A stretch of 64,000 nt of DNA from an uncultured Bacteroidales bacterium (GTDB lineage Bacteria > Bacteroidota > Bacteroidia > Bacteroidales > Paludibacteraceae). The notes beneath the pieces were generated by a model. The model was not told the origin of the DNA. It saw only the letters and a list, made by a program, of their open reading frames with translations, and made no database searches. Numbering within the stretch: the stretch's first letter is position 1; each line of letters starts with the position of its first letter. The position numbers and the translations under genes were made by a program. The stretch covers positions 6,940 through 70,939 of the forward strand of contig ONJT01000004.1 in the NCBI GenBank assembly GCA_900318245.1. The letters run 5' to 3'. Below, piece by piece: positions 18,476 through 28,132 of this stretch.

Positions 18476-19167
18476 TAACGCTTAGCTCCAAGGTCGTCGA
18501 ATGCGAAATAAGCCGGCGTATTTAAATATCCATAAGATGTGCGGCTACCTGTTAGACTGAAAGACAGACCATCAATTTCACCAAGCGTACTAAGATCAAC
18601 ATACGTCCAGTCCTTTACGACCTCAGTATCTTTTGCCAAATAGAAGTCAACCTTTCCGGTAGGCTTATTATTTTTCACTCCGACAATAGTCAATAAGAAC
18701 CAATCTCCTTGAGCAAAAGGTTTCTCATAGGCATCTCCTTTTGTAATAGACTCATACGCATAAATAGAGTTCGTTACATAGAAACCTGGCACTGTAGCAG
18801 GTTGTTTCAGTTTGATGGTATCCAATCCATAAAAGTCCAGATTCCATACCACATAGTTTTTACCGGCATGTGCTCCGCCTACAGCTGATTTCCAGGCATC
18901 ATTCCAACTTTCGAATTTAGTGTCAGTGTGATTCGTTACCACATTGCAGGAATAGTACGCACTAGACGGCTGTGCATCCTGTTTGAAAATAAAATTGCCG
19001 CTCTGGAAAACTCCGGTAGTGTCCAATTTAAATTCGCTATTAACCTCTTTAGGACTAATAGCAGCCTCTTCAAAAGTAGCCACGAATGTGTCTACCGCCT
19101 CGTTTTTGGTGTTACAAGCAGCAAAGGTCAGTGCCAGAGCTGCTACGAAAAGAATTTGTTTTTTCAT
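18475..19167 (-). CDS. DUF4465-like lipoprotein (B12-locus accessory)
   Basis: Lipobox LALTFAACNT. 230 aa. Ends with the AYFAFDDL motif recalled for DUF4465 proteins of Bacteroides btuB loci. Confidence 0.55.
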   Translation of the reverse strand: MKKQILFVAALALTFAACNTKNEAVDTFVATFEEAAISPKEVNSEFKLDTTGVFQSGNFIFKQDAQPSSAYYSCNVVTNHTDTKFESWNDAWKSAVGGAHAGKNYVVWNLDFYGLDTIKLKQPATVPGFYVTNSIYAYESITKGDAYEKPFAQGDWFLLTIVGVKNNKPTGKVDFYLAKDTEVVKDWTYVDLSTLGEIDGLSFSLTGSRTSYGYLNTPAYFAFDDLGAKR

Positions 19168-19222
19168 TTTGTTTTTTGTTATAAATTGTTAATAAATTGG
19201 GTTAATATAAGTGTTATTCGCA

Positions 19223-21091
19223 CTATTTTGCGTGTAAATCAATTGCTCCGGCTATCTCAGTACTGATCTCGCCGGTGGGATTGTTGATCTCATCGATCGC
19301 GGTGTAGACACGGACGAAATCAATCGTCGGCAGACTAACTGATTGTCCGTTCGCATCTACAGCCAACGAAATATCAAAACTCGTACCTTCTATATCCGTA
19401 TTGGGTTTATTATCCACATAGCCGAAGTCCAAGATACGCTGTACCACCTGTCCGCTTATCGTCTGAGTCTGCGAGGGCAGTTTGGCGCCGTAGAGCGTGT
19501 ACTCGTCCTCTGCGATCCACTGCGGGTAGTACGGTTGCTTATGGAAGGGGTTTTGGATCGTGTCCCCGGCGCGCGTGTAAGTCTTTTGATAGAGATGGTT
19601 GGTCTGCGGATCGTCATACAGACAGCCTTTTAACTCATACCAAGTATCATCCGGCTTGCCGTTCTGATTCTCGTCGCGGCTGACGAGCACGATGCCCGGT
19701 TCGGAACTACCATAGACCGTGCTTCCGGTCATATAATAGGCATTTCCAAGGATCTGAATGTCACAGCCTTCTTTGTTCTCCACCGCGTGGTCAAAACCGA
19801 AGGTGATATATCCGCCCCAGCCGCCCAAGCACACCATGCCGCCGGCATTGTTAGCGATCGCCTGTTCGCACTTACGACACATCGTCTCGGCATCGTCGCC
19901 TTCAACGTATTTAGGCAACTCATTGACGAACTGGCCCATACCCGGCATATATTCATATACATGCGCAAGATAGCGGTGCACATCTTCGTGCGAACCCGTA
20001 TCCGGCGCCAAGGTATACTCGCCCGTCACGCGGCATAGATGACCGGGGATGTCGCCCGTAAGGGCTCGCCAGTGCTCTTTACCATCATAGCTATAACAAT
20101 GCAGCACACCCGACGAGACATAGTTCTTCGCGTCTGTGATGTACAATACATCCGTCATCGCCAATAACCCGTAGGGGTGCTCGTAGTTTTTTATATCTAT
20201 CGGTTGGGGCTGTTCCGTAAAGTCTATCGTGGAGAACGCCCGCAGTGTATTGGTCTCATTATCAATCACATACGCGGTGTTGCCGCAGATAGAGATATTA
20301 GAACATGCCGTCTGTATCCTCTTAAGGGCAGTAGTAAAGTCTAGGATTACCAGGTAAGGCTTCGCATCCGCATAGTTTCCTTGGCAGCAAACCCATAGAT
20401 GGTTCATGTTATCCACGCGAACGCGTGTCGGATTGAGACCAACGACGATCCGCTGCGTCTCGGTGAAGGTCGCGAGGTCAATGACAGAGAGCGTGGAGTC
20501 ATAGCGGTTCGTGAGATATCCACCGGAATTAGCCACAAAGAGTTGGTTGCCTACCACGCATAGTTCGTCGGGTTGGTGGCCTACTTTGACTTCCCGCGTG
20601 ACGGTGAGCGTCGCCGTGTCTACTTCGTAGACTGAACCGAGCATGTCGGGGTCAGCTACCGAACCCACATACGCGCTGATGTACATCTTATCGCCCTTGA
20701 AGGCCAAGTAGCGGCAGTTCGAGATATCCACTTTCGCGATGTGTCGACCCTTCAGGTCCATCACCTCCACTTTATGCGAGCAGTTAATAACCGCGTAGAG
20801 CCGGCCGCCGTATTGCTGGATATCATTCCCCACATCGCCGAGTTCCTTCACCTGCTTGGGATTCATCGCCCCGTACCAGTTGGCATAATAGTCGCCATCG
20901 TGCAGGTTAATATAGTCCAAGCGGGCTTTGTTCGAGCCCATATTTCCCTCGCAGAGCACGTATAGCCCACCCTTGCGCACTTCATCCGTGACGTGCGTGC
21001 CAATCGTCGGATAGACGATCTCATCGCCCCTGCAGCCAAAGAGAAGCAGGGAACAAAGGGCAAGGATTAATATCTGAAAGCGAGCGTACAT
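19223..21091 (-). CDS. surface lipoprotein with an N-terminal YncE/DUF5074-like beta-propeller (BtuG-like candidate) plus an extra C-terminal domain
   Basis: Lipobox LLLFGCRG. Propeller-type repeats (YVLCEGNMGSNKARLDYI, GRLYAVINCSHKVEVMD, NQLFVANSGG). Sits directly downstream of the BtuB-like receptor. Confidence 0.55.
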   Translation of the reverse strand: MYARFQILILALCSLLLFGCRGDEIVYPTIGTHVTDEVRKGGLYVLCEGNMGSNKARLDYINLHDGDYYANWYGAMNPKQVKELGDVGNDIQQYGGRLYAVINCSHKVEVMDLKGRHIAKVDISNCRYLAFKGDKMYISAYVGSVADPDMLGSVYEVDTATLTVTREVKVGHQPDELCVVGNQLFVANSGGYLTNRYDSTLSVIDLATFTETQRIVVGLNPTRVRVDNMNHLWVCCQGNYADAKPYLVILDFTTALKRIQTACSNISICGNTAYVIDNETNTLRAFSTIDFTEQPQPIDIKNYEHPYGLLAMTDVLYITDAKNYVSSGVLHCYSYDGKEHWRALTGDIPGHLCRVTGEYTLAPDTGSHEDVHRYLAHVYEYMPGMGQFVNELPKYVEGDDAETMCRKCEQAIANNAGGMVCLGGWGGYITFGFDHAVENKEGCDIQILGNAYYMTGSTVYGSSEPGIVLVSRDENQNGKPDDTWYELKGCLYDDPQTNHLYQKTYTRAGDTIQNPFHKQPYYPQWIAEDEYTLYGAKLPSQTQTISGQVVQRILDFGYVDNKPNTDIEGTSFDISLAVDANGQSVSLPTIDFVRVYTAIDEINNPTGEISTEIAGAIDLHAK

Positions 21092-23085
21092 CGTATGTTT
21101 TGTTTGGGCATCGGATAGTTCCGGATGACTTCGTAGTCCTGTCCGAGCATGTTATTGAGTTCAATATTGGCCTTGAGCCAGTAGTCGTGGTTCGTATGAA
21201 TACACCATTCGGCATATACCATCAGATCGTGCGTATACCATGGCAGCACCTCGTTATAGACCGTGTTTTCCTGCTGACAGTAGCGCTTGCCGACGTAGAT
21301 GAAGGAATAGTTGAAACCGTAGTGGTCTCCGCGCTTACTCTTCCAGTCCAGTCCGCCCACCACACTGCCGCTGTGCCAAGGGATATAGGGAATCTGATGA
21401 CCGTAATAGGTATCTTCCGGGTTGGTGACATCAATCGCCGTCTGATAGGTGTAGTTGAGTCGCGCGCGGAGCGTGAAGTTCTGCGGCAGGAAGAAAGAGA
21501 AGTCCGTGTGTGCGTCCACGCCGTTAATCTTAACCGTGCCGAGATTGAGCATCGTCCAGCGGAATTGCTGTCCCTTCGGGTACGCGATGATCTTATCCGT
21601 CACGCGGTTGTAGTAATACGAGAGCGAGGCGTCAATCTGATAGACCTTCTTGCTCACACGATAAGCCACCTCTATCGAATGCTGGCGCGCCAGTTCGGGG
21701 CGTAAGTCGGCATTGCCCAGATCGGTATAATAGAGGTCGTTGAAAGTCGGATAGCGGTAACTCTGTTTATAGAAGGCATTGATGTTTAGGTCGATCGCCG
21801 GATACGGGCGCAGCGAGAAGAAGATACCCGGCGACACGCGCGGCGCGTTTTGGTCCACCGCCGTCATCAGTATTGAAGCCTGAAGACGCAGGTATTCCTG
21901 AATATTCATCGCCGTAGCAGCACTGAGCCAGTGGCTGTGACGGTTGAAATGTTCGGGTTCGGCTTCGATAAGCAAATTGCTTCGATCAAGCACATTATAC
22001 TGGTAGTCATACGCCAGCGAAGCATCCCACCAGTTGAAGATTTGCACTTTATTCGCAAAAGAGAAATAGAGTTCCTGTTGCAGGTACTCGTTGTCGGACG
22101 GCAGCAGGCGCTCGTCGTAGTTCTTATAGTGCGTGTAGTCGTTCGCCCACTTGGCTAAGACACGCGTACTCCAGCGGTTAAACCACTCGTCTTGCCACTC
22201 GGCCTGAATGAAGTTATTGCGATCCCAGAGGCGTTCGCCGTTCCGCCAGACATTATTCACAATCGCGCCCGGAATACCACGCTCGGACCAGTAGTTATAC
22301 GCATGGATGCGGAAGAAACCCGTCGTGCTGTAATAGTCATACAAACCGCCCTCCACGCGCACCGCATTGATGTCTCCGTTCTGGCGGATGGCCGTCGTGT
22401 CATAGGCTACTTCGCCCGTAGGCAGTACGCGGCGATAGCGGAATGGGTACTTGCCATCCGAATAGATATATTCCGCATCGAAATTGAGAGAAAGGGTCTC
22501 CGTGAGTTTGAGATCGAAGCCTATATTCGGGTTGGCGAGCGCAAACGAACCACACCGCATTTGCGCGCGCACATGCACGCGTTCCTTATCTTTAAAATAC
22601 GGCCTGCGGGTGGTCAGATAGACATTTCCCGCCGAACCAAACTCTCGCGCGGACTGGAAGATGTCGGACTTCTGGCCCTTATAGAGTTGGATCTGCTCCA
22701 TGTTATCGAGCGAGAAGCGGCCTAAGTCCACCTGCCCATTCTGTGCATTACCCAGTTGCACACCGTTATAATACACCGCCGTGTGCTGGCTACCCATAGA
22801 GCGTACATTGATGGTCTTGATACCTCCTACTCCGCCGTAGTCCTTGAGTTGGACACCTGAGAAATAGCGCAGCGCGTCCGCTACGTTGAGCGCGTTGAGG
22901 CGCTCTAACTGCGCACCTTTGAGGGTTTGCGGGACAATGACGTCCTTGGTGAGTGCACGCGCCGTGACCTCAACCTCCTCAAGGTGGAAGTCGCGGTATA
23001 ACGAATCGAGCTCTGCCTCGCTCATCGCGAGAACAGAGGTAGCACAAAGTGCAAGAATCAGTATGAGTGACGTACGTCTTATCAT
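21067..23085 (-). CDS. btuB: TonB-dependent receptor, BtuB-like
   Basis: Plug domain (NVADALRYFSGVQLKDYGGVGGIKTINVRSMG), 22-strand-sized barrel, C-terminal ...TLAFRY. Preceded by a cobalamin-riboswitch-like leader. Confidence 0.8.
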   Translation of the reverse strand: MIRRTSLILILALCATSVLAMSEAELDSLYRDFHLEEVEVTARALTKDVIVPQTLKGAQLERLNALNVADALRYFSGVQLKDYGGVGGIKTINVRSMGSQHTAVYYNGVQLGNAQNGQVDLGRFSLDNMEQIQLYKGQKSDIFQSAREFGSAGNVYLTTRRPYFKDKERVHVRAQMRCGSFALANPNIGFDLKLTETLSLNFDAEYIYSDGKYPFRYRRVLPTGEVAYDTTAIRQNGDINAVRVEGGLYDYYSTTGFFRIHAYNYWSERGIPGAIVNNVWRNGERLWDRNNFIQAEWQDEWFNRWSTRVLAKWANDYTHYKNYDERLLPSDNEYLQQELYFSFANKVQIFNWWDASLAYDYQYNVLDRSNLLIEAEPEHFNRHSHWLSAATAMNIQEYLRLQASILMTAVDQNAPRVSPGIFFSLRPYPAIDLNINAFYKQSYRYPTFNDLYYTDLGNADLRPELARQHSIEVAYRVSKKVYQIDASLSYYYNRVTDKIIAYPKGQQFRWTMLNLGTVKINGVDAHTDFSFFLPQNFTLRARLNYTYQTAIDVTNPEDTYYGHQIPYIPWHSGSVVGGLDWKSKRGDHYGFNYSFIYVGKRYCQQENTVYNEVLPWYTHDLMVYAEWCIHTNHDYWLKANIELNNMLGQDYEVIRNYPMPKQNIRCTLAFRY

Positions 23086-23094
23086 GGGTTTGTC

Positions 23095-23205
23095 CTATTC
23101 CTGGAGGACGCTCCATTATGCAAAGAGGAAGCGATCTGACTTAGGTCCTTCGACCATCACAGTTGCCGGTCAGTCCGGGATTCTCACCCGCGTTCTCTTC
23201 GAAGT
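23095..23205 (-). promoter_or_regulatory. cobalamin (B12) riboswitch
   Basis: The minus strand reads ...GGGTGAGAATCCCGGACTGACCGGCAACTGTGATGG...AAGTCAGATCGCTTCC.... GGTGAnAATCC and GCAACTGT core elements are present, plus a partial B12-box. Sits in the 5' leader of the BtuB-like gene. Confidence 0.65.
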
Positions 23206-23214
23206 CTTTGCTAT

Positions 23215-24696
23215 CTATTTTTTAGCAGGATCGGTTGTTAAATCAATTCCTAGTTTCTTAAATGTTTTCCAGTCCACTTCCTTGAGCATCACCGTCGAAT
23301 GCGCTTGGCAGCCTTTGAGCAGCGGCAGGGTCTCGAGGGCTTTGCGGCAGTTCTCATCTTGCAGCGAGAGGACTGACAGCGCCACTAAGACCTCATCCGT
23401 GTGCAAACGCGGGTTCTGACCGTGCAGGTAAGTGATCTTGGTACGCTGTATCGGCTCAATAAACTTCTCCGGAATCAAGCGTATGTCGTGGTCGATGCCC
23501 GCCAGTTCCTTCATCGCGTTGAGGAGCAACGCTGCGGACGAGCCCAAGAGGTCTCCGGCCTCAGACGTGATGATTTGGCCATTCGGCAGTTCAATCGCGG
23601 CCGCATGAGCAAACACACCGTCGTGCAGTGCACCGGTCAGTGCTCTGCGCTCACGAGCCGCAACGGTCGTCCGACGGTAAGCCGTCGTGATACCCGCTTG
23701 CTGCATCAACAGGGCTATCTTCTTGATCTCCGCATCGTTGCATGCGCCGTTGGCCATGTGGCACAGCGACTGGAAATAACGGCGGATGATCTCCTGTTTA
23801 CTGGCTTCGCGTACGGCATTATCATCGCTGATACAGAAACCCACCATGTTCACGCCCATGTTCGTCGGCGACTTATAGGGACTCTGGCCGTAGATCGAGG
23901 TAAAGAGCGCATCCAGGACGGGATAGATCTCCACATCGCGGTTGTAGTTCACCGCCGTCTTGCCGTAGGCCTCCAGGTGGAAGGGATCGATCATGTTGAC
24001 GTCCTGCAGGTCAGCTGTCGCCGCCTCATAGGCTACGTTCAGCGGGTGCTTGAGGGGTAAGTTCCAAACCGGGAAGGTCTCGAACTTCGCATAGCCGGCT
24101 TCGTGTCCGCGCGCATGCTCGTTATAGAGTTGGCTCAGACACACCGCCATCTTACCGCTTCCGGGACCGGGCGCGGTGACCACCACCAGCGGGCGCGTCG
24201 TCTCCACGAAGTCATTCTTGCCGAAACCGTCTTCCGACGCGATGAGGTCCACGTTATGCGGATAGCCGTCGATGATATAATGGTAGTACACGCGGATACC
24301 TTTGCGCTCCAAGCGCTGACGATACGCGTCCGCCGAACGCTGGCCGGCATAATGCGTGATGACGACCGACGACACCATGAATCCGCGGGCCATAAAGGCC
24401 TCGCGCAGACGCAGCACGTCTTCGTCGTAGGTGATACCTAAGTCCTGACGCACCTTGTTACGCTCGATATCCTCCGCGGAGATGACGATGATGATCTCCA
24501 GCGAGTCCTGCAGCTGCGTTAACATCTGCAGCTTACTGTCCGGCATAAAACCGGGCAGTACTCTACTCGCATGCAGGTCGTCGAACAGTTTACCGCCTAA
24601 CTCAAGATACAGTTTGTTACCAAACTGCGCGATGCGTTCGCGGATATGCTCCGACTGGATACGGATATATTTATCATTGTCAAAAGCCGTAGCCAT
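23215..24696 (-). CDS. DUF1846 / UPF0371-family protein
   Basis: 493 aa. The N-terminus FDNDKYIRIQSEHIRERI...LYLELGGKLFDDLHASRVLPGF matches my recollection of UPF0371. Confidence 0.65.
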   Translation of the reverse strand: MATAFDNDKYIRIQSEHIRERIAQFGNKLYLELGGKLFDDLHASRVLPGFMPDSKLQMLTQLQDSLEIIIVISAEDIERNKVRQDLGITYDEDVLRLREAFMARGFMVSSVVITHYAGQRSADAYRQRLERKGIRVYYHYIIDGYPHNVDLIASEDGFGKNDFVETTRPLVVVTAPGPGSGKMAVCLSQLYNEHARGHEAGYAKFETFPVWNLPLKHPLNVAYEAATADLQDVNMIDPFHLEAYGKTAVNYNRDVEIYPVLDALFTSIYGQSPYKSPTNMGVNMVGFCISDDNAVREASKQEIIRRYFQSLCHMANGACNDAEIKKIALLMQQAGITTAYRRTTVAARERRALTGALHDGVFAHAAAIELPNGQIITSEAGDLLGSSAALLLNAMKELAGIDHDIRLIPEKFIEPIQRTKITYLHGQNPRLHTDEVLVALSVLSLQDENCRKALETLPLLKGCQAHSTVMLKEVDWKTFKKLGIDLTTDPAKK

Positions 24697-24698
24697 CG

Positions 24699-27359
24699 TT
24701 ATGCTTTATTGTTTTTGTTGTTCTCGTTCTCCTGCGACTCCTCGTCATCTTCGTCATGATGGTAGTAATAATACGAGCGATATGCCTTATCGTCCTTCAC
24801 GAGTTTGCCGTAGATCTTGCCGTACAACTTACCGTAGCGACTTGTCTTGGATTGACCGCCATAGCCGTAACCATAACCGCCGTAACCGCCATAACCGAAG
24901 TGACCATAGCCATAACCGCCGTAGCCTCCGTAGCCGTAACCATAACCGGATCCGTAAGAGTGACGACCGGATGTCGGGATATCCGAGAGAACCAATTGGA
25001 TCTTCTCCGGTTGATCTACCACATCCGATACCTGCTCGAGGGTCTGCTTGCAGAACGATTTATTAGTCTGCATACAACGGATCACGTAGAGACAAATATC
25101 GCTGTGCTCAATGATGGCGTATGCATCCGGCACCAAACCGATAGGCGAAGTATCGATCACCACGAAGTCATATTCCTCACGGGCCTTCTCAAGAGTCTTG
25201 GCCAATTTATCGGAGTGAACCAACTCACCCGGGTTCGGCGGGATAGTACCTGCACGCACGAAGTCGAAGCCAAACGGCGTGTTGTGCACAAGGATATCTT
25301 CTTCATCAGCCTCTCCGATCAAGTAGTTGGACATACCTGAGCCGTTCTCCAGACCTAACTTGGTGTGGATGTTCGGCTTACGAAGGTCGAGGTCGACGAG
25401 TAAGGTCTTCTTTCCGGTCATCGCATAGAGGGCAGCGAGGTTGGTAGAGAGGAAGGTCTTACCATCACCGGACTCCGTCGAGGTGACGCATATAACCATC
25501 TTATCTTTGCGACGCAGCACAAACTCCATACGCGTACGAATGGCACGAAGCATTTCCGCATAACTGGAGCGGGGCGAGGCACGTACGAGTGTCGGGTTCT
25601 GGCTCTTTGCGTGACGCAAGGTACCGATGAGACGGAAATATTTGAGTTTGACCACATCCTTCGGCGAACGGATCTTGTTATTGAGCAGCTCGCTGAGGAT
25701 GATCAGAATCATCGGAATAAGGAAGCCGATAATTAGATAGGTCGAAGTCGTTTTCTTCTTTGCCTTCGCGTTCATGATAGCCGTTGTACGGGCTTTATCC
25801 ATGATCGAGTTATCCGGCGTGTTGGAAGCCTTCTGGATTTCGGCCTCGGCGCGTTTCTGCAAGAAGAAGGTATAGTAGTTATCGTCGATGCGGTAGTTAC
25901 GCTCGATAGCTACCATTTCCAGCTCTTTTTCCGGCAACTGCTTGATCGAGTGCTCCACTTCCTTATAACGGTTTGCGAGGTCGGCTTTCTCGATCTCCAG
26001 CGAAGCCCGCATAGAGGTCACTACTTCTTCGATAGCGGTCTTGACGTTCTCGATATCCTTGGTATATTTCGCGTAGTACACGTTCTTCTCCGTCAACTCG
26101 CCGCGCTGTATACGCAGGTCATTGAGTTGTTGTACCAGACCTACCAAGATCGGTTCATCCACGCCCATGGTCGTCGGAGCAATGACAGCGCCTTTCTCGA
26201 TGTTATCGTGAATATACTTGATCAAGTAGTCAAAATAGGTCTCGCGCAGACGCAGCTCCATCGACTGCTGGTCATACGCTGCCACTTGTCCCATGAGCTG
26301 ACCGGCATAGGAGTTGACATCGACGAACTTGTTCTCCTGACGGAAATTGGTCATCGCGCCTTCGCTCACTTGCAAGGAAGACTGCAAGTTATTCAACTGT
26401 TCGTTGATGAAGCGGATAGAGTTCTCGGCAACTTCATTCTTCTGCTCGAGGTTCTGCAACAGGTAAATCTTCGCCAATTTATCAATGAACTCGCAGTCGC
26501 GTTGCGGCGTCTCGCTGACGAGCGAGAGGGCCAAGACAGTCGAGCCCTCCGTCACAAAGGACAGTTGCAGACGACTCATAAACTCATCCACCAGCGACTC
26601 ATGGCTACGGAAGCGGAAATATATCTTTCCGTTATTGGTCATCAGTTCCGTCGGGAAGATCTTTCCGTCGAAATACGGACAATGAATCGGTTCGCCATAG
26701 TTAGCGTCGATTTCCAGATAAAAGTTCTCGTTGGTGGACGAGATATGCATCGAGCCGTCATGACGGAAGTTCACTTGATAGAGGATCTCGTACGCACGCG
26801 GGTCTATACGGGTAGCCTCCACCACAATCGGCGTCTGGCGGTAAAGTTGGCGGGTCTTGAAGCGTCCCTGCGTGATATACTCTACGTTGAGGAACGGCAG
26901 CGAGTCCACTACTCTACTCATCAGGTCATACGAGCCGAGCATGATCATTTGGTTGTTCACGTTCTTATAGCCCGCGTCCACACCGAAACCGCTCATCAGG
27001 GCTGACGCCGAAGTTCCGTACGTCGCGCTCTCCTTGATAACGATGGTGCCCTGCGAGTAATACGTAGGTATCCAGCGTCTGTTCTTAAGCATCGCTAAAC
27101 CCAACGCGATCACGAGTGCGATCACGAACAAGTACCAATAATGCAGGAATGTGAATAGCCACTCCAGCGGATTGAAGTTCAGGCTGCTGTCCTCGTCATC
27201 GCCCTGCTGCTGCTGCGGGTCCTGCTGATAATACTGCTGATTTCCGCCCTGATAGTAATACTGGTTGTTTCCGCCCGGGTTGTAGTAATGATTGTTACCG
27301 TTGCCCGGCGTGTAATAGGCGTTATTGCCGCCCGGATTGTAATATTGATTATTTGCCAT
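24699..27359 (-). CDS. polysaccharide co-polymerase / tyrosine autokinase (Wzc-like BY-kinase) with Q/N/Y-rich N-terminus and GY-repeat C-terminus
   Basis: 886 aa. Wzz/GumC-like periplasmic coiled region between two TM segments. Walker A VTSTESGDGKTFLSTNLA and Walker B-like LVDLDLRKP. C-terminal Tyr cluster. Confidence 0.85.
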   Translation of the reverse strand: MANNQYYNPGGNNAYYTPGNGNNHYYNPGGNNQYYYQGGNQQYYQQDPQQQQGDDEDSSLNFNPLEWLFTFLHYWYLFVIALVIALGLAMLKNRRWIPTYYSQGTIVIKESATYGTSASALMSGFGVDAGYKNVNNQMIMLGSYDLMSRVVDSLPFLNVEYITQGRFKTRQLYRQTPIVVEATRIDPRAYEILYQVNFRHDGSMHISSTNENFYLEIDANYGEPIHCPYFDGKIFPTELMTNNGKIYFRFRSHESLVDEFMSRLQLSFVTEGSTVLALSLVSETPQRDCEFIDKLAKIYLLQNLEQKNEVAENSIRFINEQLNNLQSSLQVSEGAMTNFRQENKFVDVNSYAGQLMGQVAAYDQQSMELRLRETYFDYLIKYIHDNIEKGAVIAPTTMGVDEPILVGLVQQLNDLRIQRGELTEKNVYYAKYTKDIENVKTAIEEVVTSMRASLEIEKADLANRYKEVEHSIKQLPEKELEMVAIERNYRIDDNYYTFFLQKRAEAEIQKASNTPDNSIMDKARTTAIMNAKAKKKTTSTYLIIGFLIPMILIILSELLNNKIRSPKDVVKLKYFRLIGTLRHAKSQNPTLVRASPRSSYAEMLRAIRTRMEFVLRRKDKMVICVTSTESGDGKTFLSTNLAALYAMTGKKTLLVDLDLRKPNIHTKLGLENGSGMSNYLIGEADEEDILVHNTPFGFDFVRAGTIPPNPGELVHSDKLAKTLEKAREEYDFVVIDTSPIGLVPDAYAIIEHSDICLYVIRCMQTNKSFCKQTLEQVSDVVDQPEKIQLVLSDIPTSGRHSYGSGYGYGYGGYGGYGYGHFGYGGYGGYGYGYGGQSKTSRYGKLYGKIYGKLVKDDKAYRSYYYYHHDEDDEESQENENNKNNKA

Positions 27360-27364
27360 ATTCG

Positions 27365-28132
27365 TTATTTATATAGATATGCCACATAGTTGAGTACCGT
27401 CGTCAAGAGCGCCACCGAGCTGGTGATCAGGCCCAGGAAACCCGTATAAGTCGGTACTTTATAGAAACTGTCTTTCGTACGCGCTACGTATATCACGTCA
27501 TTCGGATAGATGTAGTAGTATTTCGAATCGATGATGGTGTTCGTTCGCATGTCGAACTCCAAGATCTCCGGTTCTTCGCCGTTGTCATGCGGACGGATGA
27601 TACGTATGTGACGGCGGTCACCGCTGTTCATCACGTCACCCGTCATCGCGAGAGCCTGGAAGATATTCATCTTCTCCTTATATACGTAGAACTGGCCTGC
27701 GCGTGCATCACCCACTACGGAGAAATACTTGTTGTACAACGACACCTTGACATCCGCATCCGGGATGATCTCTCGGAATGCTGCCTTTAAGGTGTCTTGC
27801 GCCTCCAGCTCCGTCAGACCTTGTATTTTCACCGGCTTGAGGAAAGGCAGGTCCACCGTTCCGTCCTCATACACGCGGTAGGAGTTGGCGTACTGGCCAT
27901 TCGTGATGGTATTGGCGCCTAACATCTTACTCATCGTCTCGTCAAGTGTTATCAGACGATAGATGATCTCGTCATTGACACGGATACGGTATGGCTCGTA
28001 GGGCACGGAGTCATATACCGGCAGTTTGTTGAATTTGGTCGGTTCTTGCAGATAGCCTATCTGACGATGGCTGTAGCAACTCGACAACATTACGGCTACG
28101 AGGCCGAAAAGGATAAATCTCATCGTTTTCAT
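27365..28132 (-). CDS. polysaccharide export outer-membrane lipoprotein (Wza-like, Poly_export + SLBB)
   Basis: Lipobox VMLSSCYS. YRIRVNDEIIY and VSLYNKYFSVVGD...NIFQALAMTGD motifs. Confidence 0.8.
   Translation of the reverse strand: MKTMRFILFGLVAVMLSSCYSHRQIGYLQEPTKFNKLPVYDSVPYEPYRIRVNDEIIYRLITLDETMSKMLGANTITNGQYANSYRVYEDGTVDLPFLKPVKIQGLTELEAQDTLKAAFREIIPDADVKVSLYNKYFSVVGDARAGQFYVYKEKMNIFQALAMTGDVMNSGDRRHIRIIRPHDNGEEPEILEFDMRTNTIIDSKYYYIYPNDVIYVARTKDSFYKVPTYTGFLGLITSSVALLTTVLNYVAYLYK

Noticed and set aside
25950-27005. 351-aa plus-strand ORF inside the Wzc-like gene. The same applies to 30683..31609 inside gmd, 34139..35014 inside the TonB receptor, 16135..16746 inside the amylase gene and 56095..56844 over tpiA.
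   Set aside because: These are antisense shadow ORFs opposite genes with clear family motifs. They have no promoter boxes or recognisable domains.
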